A stretch of DNA of 51,826 nucleotides from a virus (taxonomy: Duplodnaviria; Caudoviricetes): IMG/VR virus record IMGVR_UViG_3300031902_000012, positions 1 through 51,826 of that record, one strand, 5' to 3'. The translations under genes and the position numbers were made by a program. This document shows positions 28,145 through 37,475 of the stretch, piece after piece (the first letter of the stretch is position 1; each line of letters begins with the position of its first letter). The notes beneath the pieces were generated by a model. It was not told where the DNA came from and did no database searches. It saw nothing but the letters and a program-made list of their open reading frames with translations.

Positions 28145-28374
28145 GGTTTGCTCTCCTTCAAGACGTTTTCCAAAACTTCGCGAAGCTTGTCGACCGGCCC
28201 TGTCAGCAGCGCGTCGAGCTCATGAAATGCCGCCGCCTTGGCCTGCGTCAGGGAGTCCACCGGGTGCCCCGCCAGGAAGGCCCGGACTGCCGCCGCCCGG
28301 CGGTTGCGAAGGTGGCCCACCAAGAGCCGGGTTTCCGGACTGTTGACCCATTCCGTCAGCGCCGCTTCCTGCAT
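28141..28374 (-). CDS. Small protein downstream of the portal
   Basis: 77 aa with EWVNSPET, coupled to groES. Confidence 0.65.
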   Translation of the reverse strand: MQEAALTEWVNSPETRLLVGHLRNRRAAAVRAFLAGHPVDSLTQAKAAAFHELDALLTGPVDKLREVLENVLKESKP

Positions 28375-30163
28375 TTCCTGATTCCTGCATCAACTGCTGA
28401 ACGGTCTGCTCCAACTGCGCCATGGTCAGCAGCGCCATTTGATTGTTCTGCATGCCGCCGGCCGCCTCGACCATATTCTTAAGCGCCTGCGTAAGCTGCA
28501 CGGCGACGGCGCCCGTGACCTTAATTTTCTCGTTCTGCTGTTTCTGCAGCCCAATGTAACCCTGCATCTTCTCCCACGGAGTCGCCTGTGGCGGCTGCGG
28601 CGGGGCGACCAGCTTTTCGGGGTTCGGCAGCCGCAGCGTTTGGCACAGCCGCAGCCGAACTTCCTGGGGGTTCATACCCGGATCCTTGGCCAGCTCCATA
28701 TAGACGCCGGCGAGCGCTGATCGGTGCATTTCGGTCGCGAGCTGCGGATCTGCCGTGACCGCGACGCCTTCGGCGTCGTTCGCTGACAGCCCTTGCGGCA
28801 GCATGCCATAGGCGTCGGCCATCATCGCGAACATGCGGAATTCCTGCGTCATCGACGCGACGAGCCGGCGGTGAACGGCGCTTTGCACCTGCGTGCCGTT
28901 GTCGATCAGGCCTTTGGCCAGCGTGGCTGTCATCGACGCCGGCGCGTTCTCCAGCAGGTTCAGCGACCCGCTTAGCCGATCGGCCAGCGTGATAAGCTTG
29001 TCGAGAACTGACACAGATCCGGCCGACACTGTTTTGGCCGGGAACATCGACAGCTGATCTGTGATCTTGCCGCCATCCATCGGGATGACAGTGATTCGGT
29101 TCTCCTGAAGTTCGATCTTGTCCGGCATCCCGACGCCGCCACCGCCGTAGACGCCGCCGTTTGCGGCCTCGTTTTTGGCCGTGTTGATGATGGCCGCAAG
29201 CATCTGGTCGGCCGAGTTTTCAGCACGCGATAGCAGCCTACCGAAACCCATTGGAAAGAAGCCGCCCTTCGGGTCCGGCAAAAATCGGTATGGGTAGAAG
29301 CGGCGAATCGGATTGAAAAATAACGCCTCGGCCGTATCGGTGATTGTCTTTTTGGACCACCGCGGCACGATCTTGACGATGTCCATCTGATCGTCGCGCG
29401 AGATGACCAGCGTCCAGGGTTCTTCGGCTTCGTCGCCGTCGAGGTCCAGCCACATGTCGACTTCGAAGAAGCGTTTTGGTGCCTGCGTATCCGGTCCGTC
29501 GAATCTCGGGTCGTAGTCTATCCAATGGCCGCGCTTGATCGAGCGCATGATCTCATAGGGGTAGCGTTCAAACTCGTGCGTGACGCGCGGCGCGCGCTCG
29601 ATTGAGCTGATGTTGTCGTTGACGATGACGCGGTTGCGGCCGACCGACGGCACGAAGTGCGTGTGAAACAGCTTGTCCACGTCGTCAAAGGTGCGCTTGC
29701 GCCAGCCCAGGCCGGTGACGGACATGTGAACGATGAGCGGGTCGGTGTCGAGCGTCCAGTTTGGATCTTTGGTGCGCAGCTGCGCGGAAATCCATTCCGC
29801 CAGTGCTTCGCCGCCCGGTTCACTTGCCCGCGCCAGGTCGGGCTCGCCCAGCAGCGCATCGGTCGCACGGGCTGAGAACTGCACCACGGCGGATAGCGTT
29901 AGCTCAGTTGACGGTGGCGCATCTTCGCCGGACCCGGCGGCTTCGCTGCTGCCGACGTGCTGCGCGGCGCGCTCGGCCTCCAGCGCGTCGAGGTAGCCCT
30001 GAGCTTTTCCAGCCCACGGCTTCATGCTGATGTCGTCAATCTGGACCAGCTCGCAAATGTCGCTGGCCAGCCCGCGGCGCACGTCTTCGTCGAGCTTTTT
30101 GGCGAGGTTGCCAAATTTCTCGGGGTTCTTGAGATCGAGTTTCAGCTCGGGAAGGTCGCGCAT
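28220..30163 (-). CDS. Portal protein
   Basis: About 647 aa. AVVQFSARA, FLPDPKGGFFPMGFG, SAVHRRL, and a Gln/Gly/Pro-rich tail. Start at 30163 has an AGAGG RBS. Confidence 0.85.
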   Translation of the reverse strand: MRDLPELKLDLKNPEKFGNLAKKLDEDVRRGLASDICELVQIDDISMKPWAGKAQGYLDALEAERAAQHVGSSEAAGSGEDAPPSTELTLSAVVQFSARATDALLGEPDLARASEPGGEALAEWISAQLRTKDPNWTLDTDPLIVHMSVTGLGWRKRTFDDVDKLFHTHFVPSVGRNRVIVNDNISSIERAPRVTHEFERYPYEIMRSIKRGHWIDYDPRFDGPDTQAPKRFFEVDMWLDLDGDEAEEPWTLVISRDDQMDIVKIVPRWSKKTITDTAEALFFNPIRRFYPYRFLPDPKGGFFPMGFGRLLSRAENSADQMLAAIINTAKNEAANGGVYGGGGVGMPDKIELQENRITVIPMDGGKITDQLSMFPAKTVSAGSVSVLDKLITLADRLSGSLNLLENAPASMTATLAKGLIDNGTQVQSAVHRRLVASMTQEFRMFAMMADAYGMLPQGLSANDAEGVAVTADPQLATEMHRSALAGVYMELAKDPGMNPQEVRLRLCQTLRLPNPEKLVAPPQPPQATPWEKMQGYIGLQKQQNEKIKVTGAVAVQLTQALKNMVEAAGGMQNNQMALLTMAQLEQTVQQLMQESGNAGSGADGMGQQSGNPALGGPPSQPPGGGSPGLPGGAPGGLPDAGQGGGIS

Positions 30164-30290
30164 GCAGCCTCTGTATGACAAGAATGTAAGACAGTCAAGA
30201 GCTTAAGACTACCACAATTTGACGGGAACCGCACGTTTGTGCTAATCCGTAAGACAGCCTGACGCAAACCCCGGCCATAGGAGACTTAGA

Positions 30291-31220
30291 TTGCAGGTCA
30301 TCGATAGATCGCTCCAGAGTTCCCAATACTGGCCTGGATTGTTTGCCCTTTTCGGCATGGACTATGAACGCCTTCCGAAAGTCTACACGCAGTTTTTCGA
30401 CACGAAATCGTCGGAAAAGGCTTTCGAAGAGTTCATGACCGAGCGCGCGGGCCTTGGCCTTTCCGTCATGCAGCCCGAGTTGACGCCGGTGCAATTCGAC
30501 GCCCCGAACGAGGGCTATCGCACGCAGGTGACGCATGCATCCTACGGCCTCGCCGTGGCGATCTCGCGCGAAGCCAAGGACGACAATCTCTACGAGGACG
30601 TCGCCTCGCGGATGATGAAGGAAATGGCGTTCAGCGCCAACCAAACGCAGGAATATATCGCTCACGCGCCGCTGAACGTCGCCGGCGATGCAGTCAACGG
30701 GTTGCGCGCCGATGGCGTGCCGCTGATCTCTCCGTCACACGCCACCGCGTCAGGGTTGCAGTCCAACCAGCTCGTGTCGGCCAACGTTTCGGAACTCGCG
30801 TTCGAGAACGCCGTGATTCAGATCAGCTACGCGCGCAACGGCCGCGGTTTCATCATTAACCTGCAGCCCAAGCGTGTCATTCTCTCCCCGGAGAGCGGCC
30901 CCGAGACCCGACGAATCCTCGGTTCGCCGTTGCAGTGGAACGCGTCCACCAACAACATCAACGTACTGCGCTCCACCGGCGCGATTCCGGAAGTGATCGA
31001 GACGCCGTACCTGGTCGACAAGGACAACTATTTCATCCAGACGTCCGAGCAGGACAAGGACAACGGCCAGGGCATGACGTTTTGGGAGCGCTCGCCGCTT
31101 GAAGTGCGCGAAGATTCGAACTGGTCGAATCAGGCGTCGCTGGTCGCGCAGTGGTTCCGGTGCGCCGCTTCCATCATTGACTTCCGTACGGTTTACGGTA
31201 GTTTGGGCGCGTCCGGCTAG
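30291..31220 (+). CDS. Major capsid protein
   Basis: TTG start with an AGGAG RBS. WPGLFALFGMDY, SEKAFEE, ISREAKDDNLY, DGVPL.S.SH, NNINVL. Confidence 0.9.
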   Translation: MQVIDRSLQSSQYWPGLFALFGMDYERLPKVYTQFFDTKSSEKAFEEFMTERAGLGLSVMQPELTPVQFDAPNEGYRTQVTHASYGLAVAISREAKDDNLYEDVASRMMKEMAFSANQTQEYIAHAPLNVAGDAVNGLRADGVPLISPSHATASGLQSNQLVSANVSELAFENAVIQISYARNGRGFIINLQPKRVILSPESGPETRRILGSPLQWNASTNNINVLRSTGAIPEVIETPYLVDKDNYFIQTSEQDKDNGQGMTFWERSPLEVREDSNWSNQASLVAQWFRCAASIIDFRTVYGSLGASG

Positions 31221-31250
31221 TCCGGAGCGTTTTCCTCCCTTTGACTCTCC

Positions 31251-31286
31251 GCCCGAGGCGCCGCAAATGGGCCTCGGGTTTTCTTT
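31251..31286 (+). terminator. Rho-independent terminator after the major capsid gene
   Basis: CCCGAGGC...GCCTCGGG stem followed by TTTTCTTT. Confidence 0.75.
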
Positions 31287-31298
31287 AGGTGGCAGACC

Positions 31299-31904
31299 AT
31301 GGTCGCGCCGAAGCCCAAATTCGGTCCCGCCGCTTTGTGGGGTGCCTGCTCGCGGTGCAACGCTCGCGTGCTGGCGTCGACGCTGCGGCGCGAGCGCTTG
31401 ACCGGCCTACTCGTCTGCACGAAGGCGTCCGGCCGCGGCACCACGGCATGCTGGGACCCCTGGCCCGAAGTGCTCGACTTCCAGGTCAAGCCCGACAAGT
31501 CGATCGAGCCGCCGTCCGAGCCGCTGCCGCTCCGTTACAATCTCGATGCGATATGGGGCAGCGGTCCCGAAAGCGGCACCACGAAGATCTTCGCCAACGC
31601 GCCGGCGGCCGCGCCCGACGACGCCACGCGGCTGCAAAGCCTGCTCTCGACGGTGCCCTACTACGCCAATATCGGCAAGTCGGCGGCGTTCATGGGGCCG
31701 ATGGCGCGGCTCGGGGACGAAGTGTTCAACCTGACCACGATCGTACCGGCCGACTGGGACGGCACGTTCTTGCCCTCGTCGTCGATTCGTACCGTCACGC
31801 CGCCGGACGAAGCGGCCGAGCTTGCGGCCGTCACGCGAACTGATAAGGATGTCCCGGCGGACCCGATATGGACGCCGCCCTGGGCTCAGGTAAAGCAGGT
31901 CTGA
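31299..31904 (+). CDS. Head-completion-region protein with a Zn-binding motif
   Basis: CSRC...L.RE..TGLLVC...CWDP.P. Confidence 0.7.
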   Translation: MVAPKPKFGPAALWGACSRCNARVLASTLRRERLTGLLVCTKASGRGTTACWDPWPEVLDFQVKPDKSIEPPSEPLPLRYNLDAIWGSGPESGTTKIFANAPAAAPDDATRLQSLLSTVPYYANIGKSAAFMGPMARLGDEVFNLTTIVPADWDGTFLPSSSIRTVTPPDEAAELAAVTRTDKDVPADPIWTPPWAQVKQV

Positions 31905-32587
31905 TGGACACCGCCGCAACGATCATCGACAAGGCCATGAGGCTCTACGGGATCGTTGACGAGACCGAAGGCGCAACGCCGACTGACATCGCGAACAACG
32001 TCGCCGTGCTGAACGACCTGCTGCGCCAAGAGATGGCGGACGGCGCAGTGCAGTTCCTGATGAAAACCGAAAGCGTGATGCTGCCCGCCGGCGTAAGCGG
32101 CCAGATCTATAGGTTTTCGATCGGTACTGCGGACCCGGGCTATCTGTTCCAGCGTGACGCAGTGGCCGTCAAAGCCATATGGCTGAACGACATCGGCCTG
32201 ACCATCAATCGCGAGACCCGCATGGCGCCGAAAGCCGACGTCGTCCGGACGACCTTTCCCGGCATCATCACCAAATGGCACCAAGAGCGCCAGTCTGACG
32301 GCTCGGTCCTGGTGACGGCCTGGCAGCCGCCGCGCGCCGCTGTGACGGCCCTGATCGAATACGGCGGGCGCCTGGCCCCGATCACGGAGGCCGATGGCAG
32401 CGACGTCGTAGGGCTGCCGCCGGAGGGCGTTCACGACGCAGCGCTGCTGCTCGGCCGGCGCATCTGCACCGCCTACGGAAAAAACCCGGCCAATGTCGCT
32501 CTCGTGGCGCAGGACGCCGAGCGCGTGAACGCGCGCTGGCGTGAGTGGGCGCGCGGCCAACAGTGGATTCGAATGGTCAGGAGTTGA
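31904..32587 (+). CDS. Head-tail adaptor (P22 gp4-like)
   Basis: TAATIIDKAMRLYGIV..TE..TP......LNDLL and LPPE...A..LLLG...Y. Confidence 0.7.
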   Translation: MDTAATIIDKAMRLYGIVDETEGATPTDIANNVAVLNDLLRQEMADGAVQFLMKTESVMLPAGVSGQIYRFSIGTADPGYLFQRDAVAVKAIWLNDIGLTINRETRMAPKADVVRTTFPGIITKWHQERQSDGSVLVTAWQPPRAAVTALIEYGGRLAPITEADGSDVVGLPPEGVHDAALLLGRRICTAYGKNPANVALVAQDAERVNARWREWARGQQWIRMVRS

Positions 32588-32591
32588 GAAG

Positions 32592-32906
32592 ATGGCAGGC
32601 GCCAACGTACAGTTTTACACGCTCGACCACGAACCCGCGAGCCCCGGGGAGGAGCAGTTGTTTTCATTTCGGTGCCCTACACGCGGCACCGAATGTTTTG
32701 GGCTCCATATCGCTAACCGCACAGGCATAAAACGCGACCCGCAGGGGCAAAATGGCGGTGTTGCGCATTGGGAGTGGAACGGCAGTCGGGACTCGCCTAC
32801 GTTTTCGCCATCGGTAAACTGTCAGCGTTGCTGGCATGGCTACATTCGTGGGGGGCGCACGGTCAGCTGTGCGGGTACCGACGAACCGGAGCCAGACAAA
32901 GCATGA
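32592..32906 (+). CDS. DUF6527-like Cys/His protein
   Basis: F.CP...WEWNG..DSPTFSPSV.C..CWHGYIRGG. Confidence 0.65.
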   Translation: MAGANVQFYTLDHEPASPGEEQLFSFRCPTRGTECFGLHIANRTGIKRDPQGQNGGVAHWEWNGSRDSPTFSPSVNCQRCWHGYIRGGRTVSCAGTDEPEPDKA

Positions 32907-34366
32907 GCCAGCGTCCGCCGCTCGACATTCTTGGCACGTTTCAGGACCCGCTCGGGCTCGACCAGGGCGCCAGCAAGCTGACCAACGTCCGCGTCGTGCC
33001 GCGCGAGGCTGCCGAGGTGGCGAGCTCGCCGGGCGCGCCGGCGGGCAAGGCGGCGCGCGTGCGCTTCGTTGGCGCCCCAGGCCTGACGCCCCGCTGCCAC
33101 CCGACGACGTCACCCTGCCTCGTGCTGGCCGCCGCACTCGGCACCCTGTGGTCCGGTCACGCCGACGGCACGATCTGGTACGGCGTCGAAACCGCCACGC
33201 CCGTGTTATCGGGCACCGTGGCAGTCGACCCGACGCAACCCATTATCCGATTCGCTGAAGACCGCACCGCGCTGGCGATCGCCACGAACCGCAATGTGCT
33301 CGGAGGGACGCGCGCCGGTACCGGCTACGTCGCCACGCAGGGCGGCGGCGTTGTCAACTGTGGATTCGATACTTCGATCAATTTCGATCCGTCTGCTGTC
33401 GCCGAACTCGACAACATGACGCTCTGGAGCGGCGCGTCGAATTTTTACGCCAGCCAAGACGCCAAGGTCTACCGATCGCAGCCGCTGGCACCCGCAAACG
33501 TGCTGCCGAACAGCTGGGGCACCAAGGAAGCGCGGCCCGACAGGGTCGTGGACCTCGCGGTGTCTGGCCGGGTGCTGTGGCCGCTCGGCGCCCGCTCGCT
33601 CGAACAGTGGTACGATAGCGGCGCCAACACTGATATGCCGTTCGTCCCCTACCCGAACAGCTTGGTCTCGGTCGGCATCGCGGCGCGGCTGTCACGCGCA
33701 GTGCTGCGGGACCTGATTGTTTTCGTGGCGACTGACCTACGCGTGTGGGTCTGTACCGGCCAGTCCGGCAAACCAGTGTCGCCGCCCTGGGTCGATCTGC
33801 TGTTGCAGGAACTTACGCTGGCGCAGCTGCAACAGCTGACCGCCTACGCCTACGGCCAAGGCGGTTCTGACTTTTACGTCTTGACGCTGCCGGGCCAGTG
33901 GACGATCGAGATGTCGGCGGCGGGGCTATGGTCTTACCGGCAGTCGCCGGGCCGTCTCGATCACGCCGGCCGTTGCGCCAAGGAGTACGACGGCGGCACG
34001 ACCTTTGTAGGCCTCGATACTGGCGAGATCTGCGCGCTCGATCTCAACAGCGCTTCGGAGCCGGCTGGCGTGATAGAGCGCGAAATCATCACGCCCTGGG
34101 TGACGGCTGACGACCAATTCTCAACGGTCAATTCGCTCAGCATCACGTCATCAATGGGGCCTTCAGCCGGGCAGTTCCAGCTCGATTGGGCCGACAACCG
34201 CGCGGTGACGTGGCGCGGCTTGCGCAATATCACGTTCCCGCTGCCCGGCACCCGCCGCGCGATCGCCCGCAATTTCGGGTCGTCGCGGCGGCAGCAGTTC
34301 CGATTTCGCTACTCGGGCACGCAGGCGCCGTTCACGATTGACGAATGGTTTGCGGATATCGACTAG
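32903..34366 (+). CDS. Tail hub/packaged-DNA stabilisation protein (P22 gp10-like)
   Basis: GAPGL, EARPD.VV, LGARSLEQWYDSG, YAYGQGG.DFYVL, FGSSR. Confidence 0.8.
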   Translation: MSQRPPLDILGTFQDPLGLDQGASKLTNVRVVPREAAEVASSPGAPAGKAARVRFVGAPGLTPRCHPTTSPCLVLAAALGTLWSGHADGTIWYGVETATPVLSGTVAVDPTQPIIRFAEDRTALAIATNRNVLGGTRAGTGYVATQGGGVVNCGFDTSINFDPSAVAELDNMTLWSGASNFYASQDAKVYRSQPLAPANVLPNSWGTKEARPDRVVDLAVSGRVLWPLGARSLEQWYDSGANTDMPFVPYPNSLVSVGIAARLSRAVLRDLIVFVATDLRVWVCTGQSGKPVSPPWVDLLLQELTLAQLQQLTAYAYGQGGSDFYVLTLPGQWTIEMSAAGLWSYRQSPGRLDHAGRCAKEYDGGTTFVGLDTGEICALDLNSASEPAGVIEREIITPWVTADDQFSTVNSLSITSSMGPSAGQFQLDWADNRAVTWRGLRNITFPLPGTRRAIARNFGSSRRQQFRFRYSGTQAPFTIDEWFADID

Positions 34367-34578
34367 GTCGTCGCGAACGCGCGAGCCGACGCCGTCATGG
34401 TCCCCGGCCACTTGGCCAGCTCGGCGCGGATCGACTTCGTAACCGGGCTGGCGTTTTCGTAGACGGCCAAAATAGGGTGTTCGAAAGTCGACAGATACCA
34501 GACCATTTTGGTGCGGTTGGCGTCGACTTCTTGCATCTGGCTCTGGCCTGCGACATCTTGGTATTGTAACGTATACAT
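34363..34578 (-). CDS. Small antisense hypothetical protein
   Basis: AGAGG RBS, with its own promoter TTGACT-N17-TAGGGT near 34606-34634. Confidence 0.65.
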   Translation of the reverse strand: MYTLQYQDVAGQSQMQEVDANRTKMVWYLSTFEHPILAVYENASPVTKSIRAELAKWPGTMTASARAFATT

Positions 34579-34633
34579 CTTCGTTTCCTCTTTCCTGACC
34601 CGCGCACCCTAACCGCAAAGAACCGTACAGTCA

Positions 34634-35074
34634 ATGGCCAAAGTGCCCCCACCGCCCCCGATTGCGGCCCAGGACCCTACGTTCAATCGGTACCTGATTG
34701 AACTCACGGCGTTTTTGACTGCAAGCGGCGAGATTGACCCGACCAGTGTTGCTGGGCTCGTCGCGCTGTCGAATCAGGTGGCGACCGACACGGCCAACGT
34801 CGCGTCGCTGCAGACCACCGTCAGCAGCCAGAGCGCCAGCATCTCGACATTGCAGGGCCAGGTCACGACATTGCAGGGTCAGGTCACGACATTGCAGGGT
34901 CAGGTTTCGGCGCTCCAGGCACGCAGCCAAGTGTTCAGCGGTAATGTCGGAGCTGTCGGGCCGCCATCCGCGGGCCTCGGCAGCGTCGGCGATTGGTTCC
35001 TGAACACGGGAGGCACGGCCGGCAACAAACTATGGTTGAAGACAGCCGTAGCCACCTGGACGAACTATCTTTAA
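34634..35074 (+). CDS. Tail needle-like protein with heptad repeats
   Basis: STLQGQV-TTLQGQV-TTLQGQV coiled coil (21-bp repeats), positioned after the gp10-like gene. Confidence 0.65.
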   Translation: MAKVPPPPPIAAQDPTFNRYLIELTAFLTASGEIDPTSVAGLVALSNQVATDTANVASLQTTVSSQSASISTLQGQVTTLQGQVTTLQGQVSALQARSQVFSGNVGAVGPPSAGLGSVGDWFLNTGGTAGNKLWLKTAVATWTNYL

Positions 35075-35136
35075 CCCTGCCGCGCCCACGAGGGGCCGAA
35101 ACCGCGTCGGAGACGCCGCCGTCCAGGCGGCATACT

Positions 35137-35535
35137 TCATCCGAAAAATATCCTCCGCAGGTCTGCCAACGCCTCGGATGCCATCTCGCCGAGCGCGCTG
35201 TCGAACGATGCCGGCCGCGCGAACCGCGCCCGGTAGCCCTTCTCGTGGTCCCATATCGTGCCCCACATCTCGACCGTGCCGAATACGACACCATCGCAGC
35301 CGGTTACTTGACTGCGGATGACGAGATGTTCGGGCCTGTTCTTGTAGGACTCCGTCATGTCTTCGAGCGTCTTGAAACCGTGGATGCCCTGCTCGCCGAT
35401 GTCGGGGTTGGTACCCTCGGTAATGAGCTCCCGGTACCACCGCCTGTCGGAAGTCCACGACAGCAGCCGCGAGTTGCCCGGCACGTAGACATAGCGCCAG
35501 AATCGATAGGCAGTTTGAGTGCCGATCTCAATCAT
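35137..35535 (-). CDS. Hypothetical protein
   Basis: AYRFWR...GIHGFK...GTVEMWG...HEKGYRA. Confidence 0.7.
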   Translation of the reverse strand: MIEIGTQTAYRFWRYVYVPGNSRLLSWTSDRRWYRELITEGTNPDIGEQGIHGFKTLEDMTESYKNRPEHLVIRSQVTGCDGVVFGTVEMWGTIWDHEKGYRARFARPASFDSALGEMASEALADLRRIFFG

Positions 35536-35636
35536 GGCGTCGGCTCCTTCTGCGGCACCTTGACCGGCTCCTGCGGAGCTGGCGCTTCTTGCGGCACCAG
35601 CACGCGGCGGCGTTCGGGCTGTCCAATCTCTGCCAT
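35532..35636 (-). CDS. 34-aa Pro/Glu-rich peptide
   Basis: GGGAGG RBS. MAEIGQPERRRVLVPQEAPAPQEPVKVPQKEPTP, ATGA-coupled to the next gene. Confidence 0.6.
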   Translation of the reverse strand: MAEIGQPERRRVLVPQEAPAPQEPVKVPQKEPTP

Positions 35637-35637
35637 G

Positions 35638-36018
35638 TCACGTTCCTCCCGCGATCGCGTTGATGTGTAACTGAAATTCTTCAACCGTGCGGACGACGAG
35701 GTAAACGCCACCGGCTGCCGCCCACTGGCGTTCAAATTTCTCCTGGCCGAGCTTCTGATCGCCCTTATCGTCTTTGAGCTCGATCGCCGTTGGCCGCAGT
35801 CCGATCGGGAAGGCCAGATAGTCGGCCACGCCTTTGCGAACGCCCATGCGTTTGAAATGCATATGCGTGCCGATGCCGCCACGCCGCTCGTTCGCGACAT
35901 GGAAAATTAGCAACCGATCCCAAATGCCGGATTTGACGAGCCACTGCTGACAATGCATCTGCAGGCATGTTTCGTCGTTCGCGGCGGTCTTAACGACCTT
36001 TTTTCGGGAGGATGCCAA
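35638..36018 (-). CDS. VRR-NUC-type endonuclease
   Basis: FHVANE...MGVRKGVADY...IELK...Q..F. Confidence 0.85.
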   Translation of the reverse strand: MASSRKKVVKTAANDETCLQMHCQQWLVKSGIWDRLLIFHVANERRGGIGTHMHFKRMGVRKGVADYLAFPIGLRPTAIELKDDKGDQKLGQEKFERQWAAAGGVYLVVRTVEEFQLHINAIAGGT

Positions 36019-36190
36019 GTTCCACTAGCCTCTGTTCTTGGGTCGGAAGCCACGCTTCGATCGCCGCCTGCACGGCGAGTGATCGGTTCGACACGTCGCT
36101 GTCGATGTTGCGCACGACGAAGTCCACCCGCGCCACCAGGACGTCGGTAAGACGGGCCGAGACCATCGTGGTTTTGCGTTCGTCTGCCAT
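35990..36190 (-). CDS. Ribbon-helix-helix transcriptional regulator
   Basis: TTMVSARL...ARVD...NRSLAVQAAIEAWL. Confidence 0.7.
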   Translation of the reverse strand: MADERKTTMVSARLTDVLVARVDFVVRNIDSDVSNRSLAVQAAIEAWLPTQEQRLVELGILPKKGR

Positions 36191-36240
36191 CGGTGGTAAG
36201 GTCTAGCTCAAATCTGTATGACAATCAAGAGGCTGTTTTC

Positions 36241-36861
36241 ATGAGCTTCGGCGACGGGCTTGGTGCCATCATCGGTGCGCAGGAAGGTAAGCAGGATCTG
36301 CAGGCCGGGCAGGACGCCGTCAACGGCGTCTCCAGCAGCTTCGGGTCGTCCGTGGCGCCCTACAACTCGTTCGGACAGTCTTTCATGCCGGCGGCCTCGA
36401 CAGCGGCCGACAAGGTCACCGGGGCCGCCGGAAACGTGCAGTCCTACGACGACTTCATGAAAAACTACCAGGCTTCGCCGGGTGCGCAGTACGATATCCA
36501 GCAGGGTCAGGAGGCGCAGGACAACAGCGCGGCGGCGCGCGGGCAGCTGCTCTCCGGAACGAACCAGCGGGCGCAATCTGACATCACGCAATCGATCTCC
36601 AACAAATACGCGAATCAGGCCTACGGCTCGTACCTGCAGGGCAACCAGCAATCATTCGGTCAGCTGACCAGCGCGCTTGGTTCGCTGTTCCAGGGCATCG
36701 GTGTAGGCACCACCGCGACCGGCCAGCAAGCGGGTGTCGATTCCGCGCAGATAGGCGCCACGTCCAGCCTGGCGCAGGCGCAGGCCAAGAATGATCAGTC
36801 CAAGGGCTCGGGTTTCGGCTCGCTGTTCTCGTCACTGCCGATACCGGGATTCGGGTCGTGA
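36241..36861 (+). CDS. DNA transfer/ejection protein (P22 gp7-like)
   Basis: APYNSFG...SPGAQY..QQG...NSAAARG.L.SG; Gly/Ser/Gln-rich. Confidence 0.75.
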   Translation: MSFGDGLGAIIGAQEGKQDLQAGQDAVNGVSSSFGSSVAPYNSFGQSFMPAASTAADKVTGAAGNVQSYDDFMKNYQASPGAQYDIQQGQEAQDNSAAARGQLLSGTNQRAQSDITQSISNKYANQAYGSYLQGNQQSFGQLTSALGSLFQGIGVGTTATGQQAGVDSAQIGATSSLAQAQAKNDQSKGSGFGSLFSSLPIPGFGS

Positions 36862-37118
36862 CCGATACACCTTGGATCACGGCCTTAATCCAGCTGGTCA
36901 CGATTGCGGGCACTGTGATCAACTCAGGACTTGCGGTCCTGGCCTACGTGCAGGCCCGCAGAAACATGACCAAGATTCACGAGGTGCGGGTGTCGATCGA
37001 CGGCCGCATGGATCAGCTCCTTGCAGCCCGCAGCACTGAAGCGCACGACGCCGGGGTGCGCGAGGGTAAGGCGTCCGGCAACGGCGACAGCTACATCACC
37101 GGGCTGTTGAAGAAATAG
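36858..37118 (+). CDS. Small membrane protein
   Basis: N-terminal hydrophobic segment; IHEVRVSIDGRMDQLL. Confidence 0.65.
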   Translation: MTDTPWITALIQLVTIAGTVINSGLAVLAYVQARRNMTKIHEVRVSIDGRMDQLLAARSTEAHDAGVREGKASGNGDSYITGLLKK

Positions 37119-37385
37119 CTATTGTTTACGTCTCACGCGGTAGCCCCACCCCGACGCGCCTTCGATGCTAATGCCAGTTCCGTCGAAGGCGCGGTTGATT
37201 TGTTGAATGTGCACGCGAATATTGTGATCGCTGCGGCCGAGCGCGCCACCTAACTCTTTGGCACTAAGGCCCGGATCTCTACTAACCAAGTCGAAAATTT
37301 GCGCTCTGTTCACTGTCAACGCCACGCCGTGACGTGTCGAGTGCGGCATCGGGCGGTGGCAGCACGGGCAAAATTCAGTAGCCAT
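37119..37385 (-). CDS. Winged-helix DNA-binding protein with an N-terminal CPCC
   Basis: CPCCHRP...IFDLV...LSAKEL...IRVHIQQIN...GWGYRV. Start uncertain. Confidence 0.7.
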   Translation of the reverse strand: MATEFCPCCHRPMPHSTRHGVALTVNRAQIFDLVSRDPGLSAKELGGALGRSDHNIRVHIQQINRAFDGTGISIEGASGWGYRVRRKQ

Positions 37386-37475
37386 CAGTAGCAGCCCCCT
37401 CGCCGCGTTCTTTCCCACCAGATATAGCGACATACGACGTTGCACCCCCGGAAAATTGCACCGAAGTGTGATACT

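Noticed and set aside
27068-28225. Long opposite-strand ORFs (also 21518-22588, 22632-23708, 41305-42399)
   Set aside because: Shadow ORFs of recognisable genes in high-GC DNA.
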